A stretch of DNA of 64,000 nt from Pseudovirgaria hyperparasitica (taxonomy: Eukaryota). A program made the translations under genes and the position numbers. Positions 1 to 12,993 of the stretch are shown piece by piece (within the stretch, counting starts at the first letter, position 1; each line of letters opens with the position of its first letter). Location: assembly GCA_010093815.1 (NCBI GenBank), contig ML996570.1, one strand, 5' to 3'. The notes under the pieces were generated by a model. The model saw only the letters and a list, made by a program, of their open reading frames with translations, was not told where the DNA came from and made no database searches.

Positions 1-133
1 CAACGTTCGACCTCCAGTCCGCATAGCTACTGATATCGACACAATACCTTGAAACCTGCCATTGGGGTCATATACTCAGTCAAACGCTCTGTCTGCGACC
101 TGTCTATTGATCGCATTCCTCTAAACACCCGCC

Positions 134-422
134 ATGTCTGCTGCTCCGCACTTCTTCAGCACGCCCTTCCGTTACATACGATATGCCTCTCACCAATACC
201 CAGCCTACTTTTGGTCGATCGTTGTCGGAGTTGCAGGCCCTGCATCCTTCTTTTATGCGCCCCCGATAAGAAGAGCGTTTGGAGATAACATCAACCCGAA
301 GCCTATCCCTCTCACATACCCAGGTATGTATCTTTCTTGCTGGAGTGAGGCGCATCAAGCTGACCTGGTTGCTAGTTCCCAAGGGACCGCGAAACATTCC
401 CACGGGCTTCGACGACGAGTAA
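134..422 (+). CDS. NADH-ubiquinone oxidoreductase 9.5 kDa subunit (NDUFA3/NI9M-like); 2 exons 134-323, 376-422
   Basis: MSAAPHFFSTPFRYIRYASHQYPAYFWSIVVGVAGP...PIPLTYP|VPKGPRNIPTGFDDE*; intron GTATGT..CTGAC..TAG (324-375) restores the typical C-terminus. Confidence 0.9.
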
Positions 423-952
423 GCATGAGCTATACCGTAGATGGAACTGTAAATATAGGTCTGAAAGGCGATAGGGCGTTGAACAAAGAAAGAATATGAG
501 CCTGGGGCAGCAAGACGATTATGCAATAAGTAACACAAGGATTACAATGCAGAGCATTCACTCCAATTCAATCGCATTTTGGTTGTGTAATAGTATGATT
601 CCATTTCATGTCACACCCATCATCCACTCTGTATGACCTTGAGTAAACGCCATACGCAAGAATGTCAACTGCTCCGGAAACCGAATGTGCATGACAGCGA
701 AGGATTAACGAACTAGTGAAATGAAAATAGGGAGGGGCAAGGAATTCCTGCAGCGGCCACAACAAGCGTTATACCAAGCCGAATACCAAATGAACCAAGA
801 AGCGTAAAATCACCACGACTACAGCAAGACGCCTATGAAAACGACCACTTCAACTCGATATCACCGCATTCTTCGTCCTTTGTCGCAATGTGCGAGACCG
901 ACAGTCTTGTCGATCCTGGCAAGCGGGTCTTTCAGGATGCGTACAAACACCT

Positions 953-2600
953 TCATTCCTTACGAGAGCGCTTGTGAGATGCGTCGCTATTTTTCGTGTC
1001 CACTTCTACTCCACCCATAGTTTCGTCATCGTCATCGGACCCATCTTCCTTTTCAGGTTCACCAAACATTGTATTCTCAATGACTTCTTCCATGTCCACC
1101 TCCGAGGAAGCTCTAGATGGGGCTGAACGCTTGCGAGTTGGGATCGGGTCTTGGTCTTGATCAATATTATCACCAGCGGTAGGAAGCGCCCACGGAATAT
1201 CCTTCTCGTTGTCGAACTTGCAACTGGTCAAGTGGTCAACAGGGTGTTTAGCAAGATCCAACAAGCTCTCGTTGCTCAGGAGTTCAGCCTCGACAAGCGA
1301 TTGTCGCACAAGCTCTTTTATCTCCAGGACATGGTTCTCGACAACTTGCGACGCCTTCTTGGACATGTTGAACCTGTTGTGGAAGACATTCAGGACCGTG
1401 CGGTCGAGGTAGGCGCTGGGACCTGCTTGCGCGAGGTCGGTGTAGAACTGAAATCCGCCGTCCGGGGCGCGGTAGCTTTTGTCGTTGACGATGGCCTGGC
1501 CAAACCAATGGCGGAAGAAACCAAGAGCTACCCAGAACATCACGTCGGCGGAGTAGGCCTGGCGCTGACTATTGTCACCGGCCCTTCTCTGGATTTGGCG
1601 AGGGTACAGTGAGATGATTCTTGCTTCGAGGACCTTGCCACGCATGTTCAGGCGGTCGCGTTTTCTCTCGATGACAGCCATGCACTCTGGGAAGATGATC
1701 GACTTTGTAGCATCGGTCAGACTGTTATATTTGCCCACGGTATGGATCACAGCCTCTCTGAAGATGAGTACGCTCTTCATCCGATAAGCCGCGTTGAGCC
1801 AGACTGTTGGTTGTCTAGAGATGATGCGGAAGAGTTCTTGGCCAAATGCCATGAACACATTCTCGAGTGCTTTCGAAACAATCGGCAGAATGTCCAGGTA
1901 CTCAGCAATATCGAGGTGAGGGAACGCCTCCATCATGATGTGCTGGAGGTTCTTACCCTGGATGTCGAGTGGCTTGTTGTACATGGCTGCGAAGCAGTTC
2001 TTGTACTGCTTGTAAATGTTCTCATCAACCTTAGGAGTCAATCCTGAATTCTTTGCGTATGCAACGCTGGGCGGGTTAGTAGGTGCCAGCATCCCCTTGT
2101 CGGTCAGTTCCTAGGACATAATAGTCAGTATGAGTATCTCAGACCTAACATATACGCCTTGAAGTCTCCATGAAAGGAGCTGATGATATGCTAAACTTGA
2201 TTACGAATAAGCAAGCCACGTATAGGAGGACAGGAGGCTCGACAAAGTTCAAGACATATAGACCATGTATGCGGTATTGATTCAAGGAGCCCAAAGGAAC
2301 TTCGAAAAGCTCAACTTGGAGTGACAGGAAAACAGATAGGCAGCTTACCAAACGGGCCAAAATTCCACTCTTGAATTGTTCACTCGGTGGCTGAATGAGC
2401 TCGATGTGGTAGAGTGGTCGACCCTGACGCTTAGCCGTGGGTCCCAAAGGAGCCTCAGACTTCTTGGAGACCAGATCCGCAAAGAAGCCAGGCGAGGACT
2501 CGCGAAGTACCTGCGAATGGACCTTGAATTGAAGATCTTCACGTGGGCCAAGGATGACCTGGACATCGCCGTCTTCGGAGGTCGAGAATCTACCCGCCAT
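953..2600 (-). CDS. BTB/POZ-like domain protein; exons 2600-2349, 2110-953
   Basis: N-terminal GDVQVILG...FKVHSQVLRESS..FF BTB-like motif; 238-nt intron GTAAGC..CTGAC..TAG joins in frame to the 379-aa ORF. Confidence 0.8.
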
Positions 2601-3740
2601 GCTTGTCGTACACGGGCAGATCTACGTAAAGAGGTTAATGTGAGTCTTGAAAGTCAATTGGATTAATCGAAGATCACAGAAACAGATCTTGGGAAGGCTG
2701 AGTGTCAAGTGTTGCAAGAAGGAAGGATTATTCGACAAGTAGAGATAGAGTCACTCCGGTGACTACAGAATCTGCGACTGTTCCTGGGATGACCATTTAT
2801 GCCTGTTCTGTCATCAACCGCACGACTTTTCACTTACTGCCTAGTAGGCTAGCGTACGAGTCAGTATGGTGAACGACATTTGCTGCAGTTGAAGTCGAGT
2901 TCAGCGTCATCGCTTAAAGTAGTAAACAAGGGATATCAGGTTTCGAGTCACAGCCAACGTAGCCAACGTGTAACAGGAGAAGTACCTGTTCTACAAGCGT
3001 AGGAGAACAACCGTTTCATCACCGCCCTTGCTCAGGATAACGCGGATCTCTCTGAATTGTGGACCCTGGATCGAGTATACTTTTCAGGTTTTGGTAGTTC
3101 TGCTCAGTTTCAGCGATCGAACTACGCATGTCTCCTCGAGTTTCTGCGGCTCGTCCACACTTTCTGATTCTCTACGTATTTTTGAGCACTTCCTGCTCTC
3201 TTCTTTGCAATGTTCTGATATTCTGATTATATTAATTTGAGCTTCTCAAAGTCCCTTCTTGTTTTCTGTCTATCTAGATCTATGTATGTCTTTATCAGCG
3301 GCTACCCCTGATATGACGTAAGTTCACTTCATCTTTCAGGTGGGGCTTTACCACTCAATACGCACCGCCCTAGCGACCGTGGTGCGTCACCGCTGTCCTT
3401 ATAAGCTCATCTTACCACGGCCCTTGCTTCTCCTGCTTTTCACCTTGAACCAACCTCTCCACACACCTCAATTTTGTGGTCAGGTCGTGCCCTGGTAAGA
3501 TCGTTGCAAGATGTCACTGTCACTCCAGAACCCAGGCTTACAAGGCAGCAATTCCAACACATCTTTCACCTTGCCATACCGGCCAAAAGTTTAGGTAAAC
3601 AGAATTCATACCTCCTAGAGCACCTGGAAATTTTTCACCCAGTTGCACTTTTAGCAAATCCAACGAACTAACATCTTCTGCAGCCCGACACCAAAGCCAG
3701 CTCCACAGCATTCGACGCTGAGCCGCGTGACGCAGCCATC

Positions 3741-4554
3741 ATGGCCCCTTACACATCCGCGTTTTCCTCAACCAAGTAAGCTCCCTCCCACAGCTATCCA
3801 GCCTCCACTAACACGATTTCACCCCAGCCCACCACCCCAATCCAACCCCTCCAAAAGCAGGCAAAGGAGGATACGCAGGCGCCTCCAGCAGGCCGCCACC
3901 TACGGCAAACCCTCCCGCAAAGTCCGCGCCCAGATCCGCCAAGCAAAGACCGAAAGATCCCTCGAGCAAAACACCCACATCGTCTACGCAACCAACGACC
4001 CGGACAACGACGCCACACCTCCCACTCCAAGCCCACCACCCAACTCCCTCCCCTCACACTCCCCCTTCCCCTTCCTCGCCGCCCCCCGCGAGATCCGCCA
4101 ACAAATCCTCTACCGCACCATCTCCTTCGCCGACCTCGCACAGCACAGCGTCCTGGAAATCGCCAAAGCAGTACAGGAATTGAGTACCGTGCACCCGTGC
4201 ATAGCTGCGGATATGGAGTATGTGGCTGAATTGTGGGCCAAGGAGCGCGAGGAGAGCGTGCGGCTGCGGGATCTGGAGCGCGCGGATGTGCAGCGGCTTT
4301 TGGACTCGAACGATGAGTTTTTGAGGCGTGAGCTTGGGGTTGTTGGGGATGTAGCTGCGCGGAGGCGGAGGAGGAGGGAGGAAGTGCCGGTTGTTGTTGG
4401 TGGTGGTGGTGGTGGTGCTGCCAGGATGTTCAAGAGGGTTAGAAGGCCGCGGAAGTGCTGGAAGTGTGGGGAGAGGCATTTTGGGATTACGGTGAGGTGT
4501 CCGCGGGAGCTGAGAGAGAAGGCGCCGTGGTATGCGCTGAATATCAAGAAGTAG
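3741..4554 (+). CDS. Hypothetical protein with F-box-like motif and C-terminal Cys/His (zinc-knuckle-like) motif; exons 3741-3775, 3828-4554
   Basis: ATG 3741; intron GTAAGC..CTAAC..CAG in frame; FPFLAAPREIRQQIL (F-box-like); C-W-K-C-x3-H-x6-C near the C-terminus. Confidence 0.7.
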
Positions 4555-5601
4555 CGAGGAAGAAATTGGAAGGGGTAGGGAAGGGGTTATATGAATCGCA
4601 AGATTGACTCTGCGAGGAATTTCTAGTAGAGAATATCAAGACTTGGTCGTGCTACTGGAGCATTCTATAACCAATACGTCTTGTCAAATGCATCAATCAA
4701 GACATAGGCCGCAAAATACTTCAACTAAGCCAGGTCATACCAAAACCCCCATTCTCAGCTCTACAAGCATCACACAAACCACCCATCCGCACACCCCTCC
4801 GAAGCAGTGACGCAGTTCTTAACAACCATCCTCCCAAGCAAGTTACTACACAAATCTTGAGATCTTCCAAGCACCTACCCAGCTTCCCCTCTCTCTCAAA
4901 AAACCCACTAAATCCCTCCTATCCCAGAAGTTCCACTTCCCCGTATCTCAAACAATGACAACGGAAAAAATCGCAGATTCACACCAAATAACGAGAGGCG
5001 CAAAGCCCAGTCAATTGGAATTTTCACCAGGGGGGGCAGTGTAGTTTGGCTGGAGAGTTGATGAAGACCTGGAGCTGTGCTACAGTATGTTGAATGATAT
5101 TAGATTTTTTTTTCTCGCAGGCCGTGGGACTATACGTCTATCTGTGTTAGGCGTGAGCTTTTACTTTGTTTCTTTTCGCTATTAGATCGTGGTTTGAATA
5201 GTTCTCTGCCAGCCTGTTGGATGGATGTATGTGGCCTGTGCCATGTGCCGGGGGAAGAATTTGCCGATGGTTGTTGATGACGTTTATGCGTGTATAGACT
5301 AGACCGTAGAGTGGCTCAAATTCTTGGGTAGATTGTCACTATTTTTAAGGTATGGGCTTTCTAGAGCGATTAGGCTCGGCTTTAGGTTCAGGTCTCCTTT
5401 TGATTGATAGGCATTGACCAAGATTTCGCTAGATCAGAGAAGAGTGAGCGAACATTTGACCAATCTGCGAGGATATTAGACTTCTCCAAGAAGACGAATG
5501 AATAGTATCGTGCTGGTCACGCACTGTTCTGCTGTACTTGTCTAGTCCGTGGTTGACAGATTTGACAGGTACCGAGAAAATTGGAATTGAAGAGTTCATT
5601 T

Positions 5602-7377
5602 TCAACCAGCAAGGCCATCTTCCGTCTCGGTATTTAGGTCTATGACATCTATTGGTATCATTCGAAACGTAGCTGTCGGGGTCTGAACGTCAATGTGATC
5701 TCCCATGCTTACACGGAAGCCCGCCGATTCCTGTCGCAGTCTTCTTCGATGTAGTCTCCGAAGCGTAGGATCAGGATCGGAGCCGGAGTATAATTGCACC
5801 CATTCCGAGGGAGAAACCCCAATCTGTAATGTTATCTTTGTGTTGTCATTGTTGATAAAATGTACGGTGAATGAACTACATGAGTCCGGTGTGCCATTCA
5901 TGGAGCCTGTTAACGGGTGTTGACTATTCTTCTGAGGATTCAGGAAAAGAGACTGATCGATTGCAAAGATATTGTGGCCATTCTCTGGTAGTATGAAAGA
6001 TCTCAAATCTTCATCCCACAGATGTTTCGGCTCAACTGCTTCGATCGATAATGAGGGAGGCAATGTGCGAAATACGGCGCCTCGTATCTCGGAGTTGAAA
6101 AATGATCGTACTCTCCTAAATGATGCATCTCTAGAAATGAAAACTGTTCGCAGTTTACACGCTTGTAGGTCATTTCGATGGATGAAGCGAACTATGGGTC
6201 GTGCTCGACCATAAAGACCCGGCCCAATGTAGTGGAGGGGGATTGTGGCCAGTTTATGAAGAGCAAACCGGGAGCGACAGGCGAGAACAGCCCAAACTTC
6301 GCGTGCAGGTTCACTAATTAGAAGGTCGACTTGCACCCCTCTATTCGTGAGAATGGATGGTGCTTTGACTGTCGACAATTCATCCGGCACAATATTTCCA
6401 GAGTCGCGGAATTCCGACGGATCAGAGGCGAATGCTGGTCTGCTGAACTCGCCCGAATCTGGAGCATAGAGCCCAAATGTAAAGTCATCATTGAAGTGAA
6501 AAACTCGTCCCCAGGCAAGCATTGACTGGTCATCCGAGATTCTCATGATTTCTTCTTGCAGTCTGCCAAAAGCTCGATTCCCTTCACCATACAACAAAGG
6601 CATGTTCACCTGGAAAATCCCAAGCAGGCTGTAGGCATTATCTTCAATACGAGTGGTGGTTCGATCCGAAGCCCAGGACATCTTGTAAGCAACACTGGCC
6701 TTTTTGAGATTTTGTCGAACGTCTGCAGGATTTATACCCGGGCCCTCTCTATTCAAAAATTCGACTCCGATCTTGGTCCTAGATGAAACCTCCTCGGCAC
6801 GGTCATACCGTGATCCCAGTTTTCGCCACTTCCTGCTATAGAACATCAAGTTATTTGGGGCGATCAGTTCCTGTAGAGTCCAGCCACGCGTAAACCAACG
6901 ACTTTCTGAAATTCCTGCGTCGCCCTCAATATCGGAGAGGTAAGCATAGCAAAGAGTGCTGCATCGATACCAGTCAAACATCGAGTTGATGGCCTCCGAG
7001 AGCTCAGCACTGCTTTTTTTATCAATACAACACGTATCGACCCAAACCCAGTCAAGTCCATCACACAAGGCCTGTTTACACGTGAGCTCGATCTTCTTAA
7101 AACCGGGCTTTCGAGACGCAATCCTCAGGTCGGCCATATCCTCAAAGAGCACCTCACCATCTGGCAGCCAAGTATGGGACAGGATGGCGTACTCAGGCAC
7201 CATGGTGCCAACGAACTCTCGAAGAGTGTGGGTCGTGGCATTCATGAGCCTTATGTTTGAGGTCACATGGCGTGAAGGTTTGAGCTCTCTTTGACCTTCT
7301 TCTGTTGATTTTACCAAGTTAGCTGAGTAGTCACTTTCACAATCAGGCAAATCTGCGTCGGCAGCGCTATCGACCAT
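5602..7377 (-). CDS. HET-domain (heterokaryon incompatibility, HET-E N-terminal type) protein, single exon
   Basis: YAILSHTW, WVDTCCIDK.SSAELSEAINSMF.WY, WFTRGWTLQELIAP, TTRIEDNAYSLLGIF.VNMPLLYGEG motifs; true start may be nearer 7245. Confidence 0.92.
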   Translation of the reverse strand: MVDSAADADLPDCESDYSANLVKSTEEGQRELKPSRHVTSNIRLMNATTHTLREFVGTMVPEYAILSHTWLPDGEVLFEDMADLRIASRKPGFKKIELTCKQALCDGLDWVWVDTCCIDKKSSAELSEAINSMFDWYRCSTLCYAYLSDIEGDAGISESRWFTRGWTLQELIAPNNLMFYSRKWRKLGSRYDRAEEVSSRTKIGVEFLNREGPGINPADVRQNLKKASVAYKMSWASDRTTTRIEDNAYSLLGIFQVNMPLLYGEGNRAFGRLQEEIMRISDDQSMLAWGRVFHFNDDFTFGLYAPDSGEFSRPAFASDPSEFRDSGNIVPDELSTVKAPSILTNRGVQVDLLISEPAREVWAVLACRSRFALHKLATIPLHYIGPGLYGRARPIVRFIHRNDLQACKLRTVFISRDASFRRVRSFFNSEIRGAVFRTLPPSLSIEAVEPKHLWDEDLRSFILPENGHNIFAIDQSLFLNPQKNSQHPLTGSMNGTPDSCSSFTVHFINNDNTKITLQIGVSPSEWVQLYSGSDPDPTLRRLHRRRLRQESAGFRVSMGDHIDVQTPTATFRMIPIDVIDLNTETEDGLAG

Positions 7378-7985
7378 CGCGGAGATGTTGATAAGCGAGG
7401 GAGAGATATCAGAGCTACTCGTAGAGTCTGTCTAGCCTCGAATGGACGAGCTCATCCGGGGGATTTGAAGCGTTGACTTGTGCTACTGCTGAAAGCGGAT
7501 ACACTTGATGCGGACGAGGTCGAAGCTGAAGACGCCGGTCGTAACCTTTGAAAGTTGAGATAGTACCCTCGTACCTACCTACCTAGGTCGTTAAGCGAGT
7601 ACTGACTAAGCTGACCGCCTTCAGAAAACATCATTCTCCCACCTCTGTCATGAGCATCAGAAAGATGAGAGGTATTAGTAGATTGTGTAAATAGTCGATA
7701 TCCAAATCCAGATAGCGAGCGCTGAGATTTTTAAGCCCAGAGCATCAATGTCCATTAACAAACAAAATCCCTCCCTAGGCATCGCTCTAATCTAGATGAT
7801 GGCATATACAGAGGTGCATCGGGGTATATACCCAAGCTGATATAAAACGATTGAGTTAAACGCCGATTCACACAGTAGACTCCACCCAAGTACTATGAGA
7901 TGCCGATCCCAAGTTATGCTGTACATTCGTAAAACGTGTCTTTAGAGATTCGCTGTGTTTAGCTTTTGTGACGTTGTAGCGAAAA

Positions 7986-9288
7986 TCAGGAATTATTCGG
8001 TAAGTCTCGGCCAGGTTTTAGACACTTTCCACCGCGCCCTACGTTTTGACGTAGGGAATCGAGTTGCTTTTTGTTGCCGTCGGCAAAGGCGAAATGTCCA
8101 TGCCAGAAGCCGCAGCCAATGTTTGACGTCTCACCACGCTGAGTGACTTGATCGGCACCTGCCATATCGACTGGTGGGATACCAACCTTGTTGCCTTTCT
8201 TTGCTTCTTCATTGGCGATCTCACTATCACCAGGCATGTGATGGAAGAATTCCGGGTTGACCGTGTAGCATTTCAGTCCCTCAGCGCCGACCTTGTCCAC
8301 TGATGACGAATAACCACGCATGCAGGACTGAAGAATGCCAACATCGTAAGCGCGTGGTGCATCTCTGGTGTCTGGTGGTGGTTCTTTAGCCGGAGCCAAC
8401 ACGTTCATGATCTTCCAGGCTGCAGGCCGAGTTACAGCGTATGCGAAGGTGCAGAGCGGAAATCGGGATCTATGGAAGAGGCGATTCTGTTCAGGTACTT
8501 CGAGTGCTTTAAGTAAGTCCGCAGTGAATGGATGCAGATTTTCGTTTGTTGGCAGAGAATGGTCAAGCCACATCTCATGCGGCATGTCCTGGAGGTCTGC
8601 CGGGGACTGATGGCCCACCCCAACGCCTTGGTCAAGACCTTGAAAGTAGTCTCCGCAGTGACCAATGTAAAGCAGGTCCCAGGTGTTCGGATCACCCCAG
8701 TAGTAATTCATCCCTCTAGAGGTAGACGCTGGCGCAAGAAGAGACCGAGCCGCGTGGGCAGCAAGTGGGACTTGAAGGGAACGCAGGTGTATATCCCAAT
8801 CCACATCGTCTTCTATGATCAAAGCGGTCTCGAGTCCGGAGTCCAGAAACCTGTATAGCAGATTAGCGTGAGTGTGGCTTATCAGGCCATACGTACCACT
8901 TCAAGGCATTGTGGTGACCAAGCCAGGCCAAGATAGAGCCAGGGCCCATAGTAGACTCTGGGCCATATTTGAACTTCTCGATGTCTGCATCGCCATACTT
9001 TGGTTGGCGTGGTATTGTTATGTCAATCTCGGTCACGTTGGCGGCTTGCATAAGAGCGTGGCGTCGAGGAGACCCATCTCTTGATACAGCTAGGATAGCA
9101 CCAAAACCCAGAGTGGTATTTGCCCTTGCATGAGTATTCAGATCGTCCTGATCAGTATGCGCCGACGGGCCTGGCGAAGGTGCGGGCGCAAAGGAGGCGT
9201 GGTCGCGAGCGCGATAAGAGTAGAATACCAGGGCAGCGATGGCGAAGAAGAGGAGCAGTTGGATCGGACGCGCTCGGAGAGCGGGCAT
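7986..9288 (-). CDS. Glycosyltransferase family 25-like type II membrane protein; exons 9288-8897, 8850-7986
   Basis: N-terminal signal anchor, ANTTLGFGAILAVS, WLGH, ALIIEDDVDWD (DxD) and WDLLYIGHCG motifs; intron GTACGT..CTAAT..CAG in frame. Confidence 0.85.
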
Positions 9289-9419
9289 TGCTGTTATAAG
9301 GGTACAGGATGGCGCATTGCCTTTGAAGACACTGCGCAGGCGACAATGTGAGGCCTGAGGTAGAGGGTAGAGGAGGGAGAGGAGGAGGAGCTGGTAGTTG
9401 CGTCAGTGGTGTTCGTGGC

Positions 9420-9491
9420 GGTGATGGTGATGGTGATGGTGATGGTGATGGTGATGGTGATGGTGATGGTGATGGTGATGGTGATGGTGAT
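9420..9491. repeat. (GGTGAT)12 microsatellite
   Basis: Perfect hexamer array about 130 nt upstream of the GT25 ATG. Confidence 0.97.
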
Positions 9492-10249
9492 GATGATGTG
9501 GTGGAGAGACGCGGAGTTGGGCGGGTGAAGTCTCACTCACTCACTCGCTCACCACCAGCAGAACGCAGGAAGGTAAGATGACGGACAAGGATGAGAGTTG
9601 GGTACAGGTATCTTCCAGGTTGTTGCTTGCAGATGAGGATGCAGATTCAGCGCATGCAAGCCCGGGACTCGCGTGAGGAAGTTCGAGCAGGGAAATCTGG
9701 GGAGTTCTGCCGCAGCCGGTTCATCCAGTTAGCGAAAGCCCACTAATTAACGATACCAAAGATGGACAGGTGGACAGGTGGGCAAGTGGGCAGGTGGGCA
9801 GCCTCCAGTAATTAGCCCCTTTGTGTGGCGGGTCGAGGTTCTACAGTATAATCACTATTAGGTACTAATTAGTAGGTAGTAGACGATATTCCCACTCCAG
9901 GTATGATGATGACATCCATGCTCGTTCCATTCTGCTTGCCCGAGGTCCACACAACACCAAACTTGATAATGCGCCCACTCGACGTGTCAGACCATCCATC
10001 TGTGTGTTATTGATGTCGGAGATCCTTGAAACTTTGACGAAAGGAGAGCCTCCACCAGCTAACGCCCTGGCTGCTCTGTTTCGAGTTTGACATTAGCATT
10101 GACAGCTAGCTGATTGTGACCACTCTCTGTGCCTCTGTATGTCATCGCCATCGGCATTTTACAAGACATTCTGTCATGCTCAATGATGCACGGCCATGTC
10201 CATATATAGAATAGATATAGCATCATGCTGCTGGACCAGAGTAATTAGA

Positions 10250-10860
10250 TAGTCATATTCACATTATAGTATAATGCATTACTTTGAAGAAAAGATAATA
10301 AGTAGGCTTCGAATTTTATTATATTGCTATAAATATAATTTGTTAGTAACTGGAAGAGACTAGTGATAGATACAATACATTACTGATGACTAAACCTCTC
10401 CTAAGCTTCCAGTGCCCTGCATTAAGTTCTATTATTACCTGGTGTGTTTCACGTCTACTAATTAGGCTATGCCATACATGGAGCCTTTCTGTAGCATAAT
10501 TCTGTCCTTCTACGCTTTTGCAGGTTAACCGTATCAAGTTCTCTACCTATCAAACTTTATACGTGAGCCTATGGACTATCCTATTATAGAATACATGGAT
10601 AGTTACCCCATTCTTCTGCGGTTGAACTTACTGCTTACTTAGAGTCGCCTCGAACTATTCTTCATCTTACAAGATAGCTCTCTATTATATTAGCTAGAAC
10701 TCTACTATGCAAGCGAGACTAAGAGGCTTGATATAAGGAAAGACACTGGCCGGAATACTATACCTAGCTTACTTAGTAGATTGTACTCGTATTACTATAA
10801 AGTACTAATTCGAAGACTCCTTAGTAACTGCTCCTAATAAACCATCTAAGCTATTCCGTG
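10250..10860. other. AT/TpA-rich segment, probable RIP-degraded relic
   Basis: Visibly AT-rich, dense in TA/TAG/CTA, no long ORF; RIP indices not computed. Confidence 0.5.
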
Positions 10861-11194
10861 ACCTCATGTTTGAAGATGCGCAGGCTGCGATACTTACGCC
10901 TCTCTTCATACCAACACTCCTACACAGCGTCTCCTCTTTCAAACAGCTGCCACCTTGTTTCCATCAACTAGCCAGTATCGACGAAAGATCGCCGACATCG
11001 ATTCGACCATGCAACCTCGAAGCTATTGCTCGTAATAGTGTCGCCGCCCCCTAGATTCTTCGCTCTTTGACTCGTCCGTCCGAATTCGTACAACCGCGAT
11101 TCGCGACCGACTCATATTTTTCGCGTAACGGTGACCATCCAGCCTCCATGTGTTCAGTCTTGTAGTCAATACTGGCCTGAGACTCCCTCTCGAC

Positions 11195-12993
11195 ATGGCA
11201 ACACTGGGGTCACCCTCACCTCCGGCTTCTCCGTCATCTCGCCGCCGTCGAAACTTCGCACGCAAATGCGAGCGCTTTTGTTGTAATATCATCCTGTATT
11301 TCCCTCTCTCTTTCGTCTATGGCTTGACAACATGGGCTGTTTGGGTGGCGGTAAATATTGGCTTGACCCCGAGCAAGGCCTGGACAGGTACGCTGGCTTG
11401 AACTCAAATATAAAGAAGACATGTTGACGCGGGTCAGGTCACTCTTCCAACGCTCTTGCGATCTCCCTCTACCTCCTGTTGAACTGGAGTTATACCACCT
11501 CCGTATTCACGAATCCTGGCTCTCCGTCTGACCTCAAATCTGGCTATAGCCAACTCCCCACTACCGAAACGCCCGCTTATAGTTCCTTCACCGTCAAGTC
11601 CAACGGTGACATACGATTCTGTAAGAAGTGCCAAACGAAGAAGCCTGACAGATCACATCATTGCTCAACCTGCAATAGATGTGTATTGAAAATGGACCAC
11701 CATTGCCCATGGTTGGCTACTTGCGTCGGCCTACGAAACTACAAAGCGTTCCTTCTGTTCTTAATATATGTCTCGCTGTTCTGCTGGGCTTGCTTTGCAG
11801 TCTCAATGACTTGGCTATACAGTGAAATTTTCTCTGGTGGGCAATACATGGAGTCACTTATGCCTGTCAATTTTATCCTCTTGGCAGTGCTGTCAGGCAT
11901 AATCGGGCTGGTCATTACTGGTTTCTCTGCCTGGCACATATATTTGGCAGTGACAAATTACACTACCATCGAGAAACTAGAGAGGACGCGCTACCTGTCA
12001 CCGCTCCGCAAATCCATGCAATACCACCCACCTGATCGTAATTACATCCACGCAAACGGTGGTCGTCAGACCATCGGCGACCAGATCCATGAGATACACG
12101 CCAATGCGCTACCTGGGATTCTTCGTCCAGAAGAAGGCCAAGACTCAAGATCTGTATCGCCGGCAATGAATGGCGGCTCTCCAGCTCAACAATCACTGCG
12201 CAGAAATTACCATCACAACTCAGAACAACAAAGAGAAGTAGACCGGTATGAGGAATACTTGAACGAGCAAGACATGGAGAGCTTACCACACGCCTTTGAC
12301 CTGGGCTGGAGGCGGAATTTGGCTCATGTCTTCGGCGACAATGCACTACTATGGCCCGTGCCGATTTCTACAACTATCGGGGATGGATGGTCGTGGGAGC
12401 CCAGCCCCAAATGGACGAGAGCACGCGATCAAATACGACGGCATCGCGAAGCTCAAACTCGAGCTCAGAAAGAGCGGGAACGAGCCGCGGGATGGGGCCA
12501 TGAGAGTGACACAGATGGCCTAAATATCCCAAAACCGAACTGGTACGGCTACTCCGCAGGCAGCCAGGATGATGGCGAGGATGGCAGGTACTTGACGACC
12601 AGCAGTGGGGTTACCACCGTAAGAGGTGCTGGCCGTCGCTCGCCTGGGAAGGCAGACAGCATATTAGGCCGCCTGCCCGGCACGTATATCGAAGATGGCC
12701 AGGGCACGCCAATGCAAGACCTCGGTCGGCGAAGGGGCAGGCACGACGACGCCGATCTATTCGAGGATGAAAACTACGACACAAGCAGTGACGAAGACCA
12801 CGCGAAGCGGAAGTCAGTGCCACCCCCAAAAGCGTACCCGATAGCTAAAGCCAGCTCTACCACGTCGAATTGGAATGACGTGCCTGATGAGTACCTGAAT
12901 GGAGAGAGCAGGGGTCGGACAGGCACGTCCTCGCGCAGCCGTGACCGGCGGACACGAAACGAGCAGGACTGGGATAGTTGGAGCCCGCGGTGA
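11195..12993 (+). CDS. PFA3: DHHC palmitoyltransferase (Pfa3-like); exons 11195-11387, 11438-12993
   Basis: [51 protein letters not shown] motif; in-frame intron GTACGC..TTGAC..CAG. Confidence 0.93.

Noticed and set aside
2111..2348. Intronic snoRNA or introner in the unusually long (238 nt) BTB-gene intron
   Set aside because: No clear sense-strand C box or H/ACA architecture, and no second copy in the window
9294..9581. ORFs with (IT)n or (GD)n repeats
   Set aside because: Translations of the GGTGAT microsatellite
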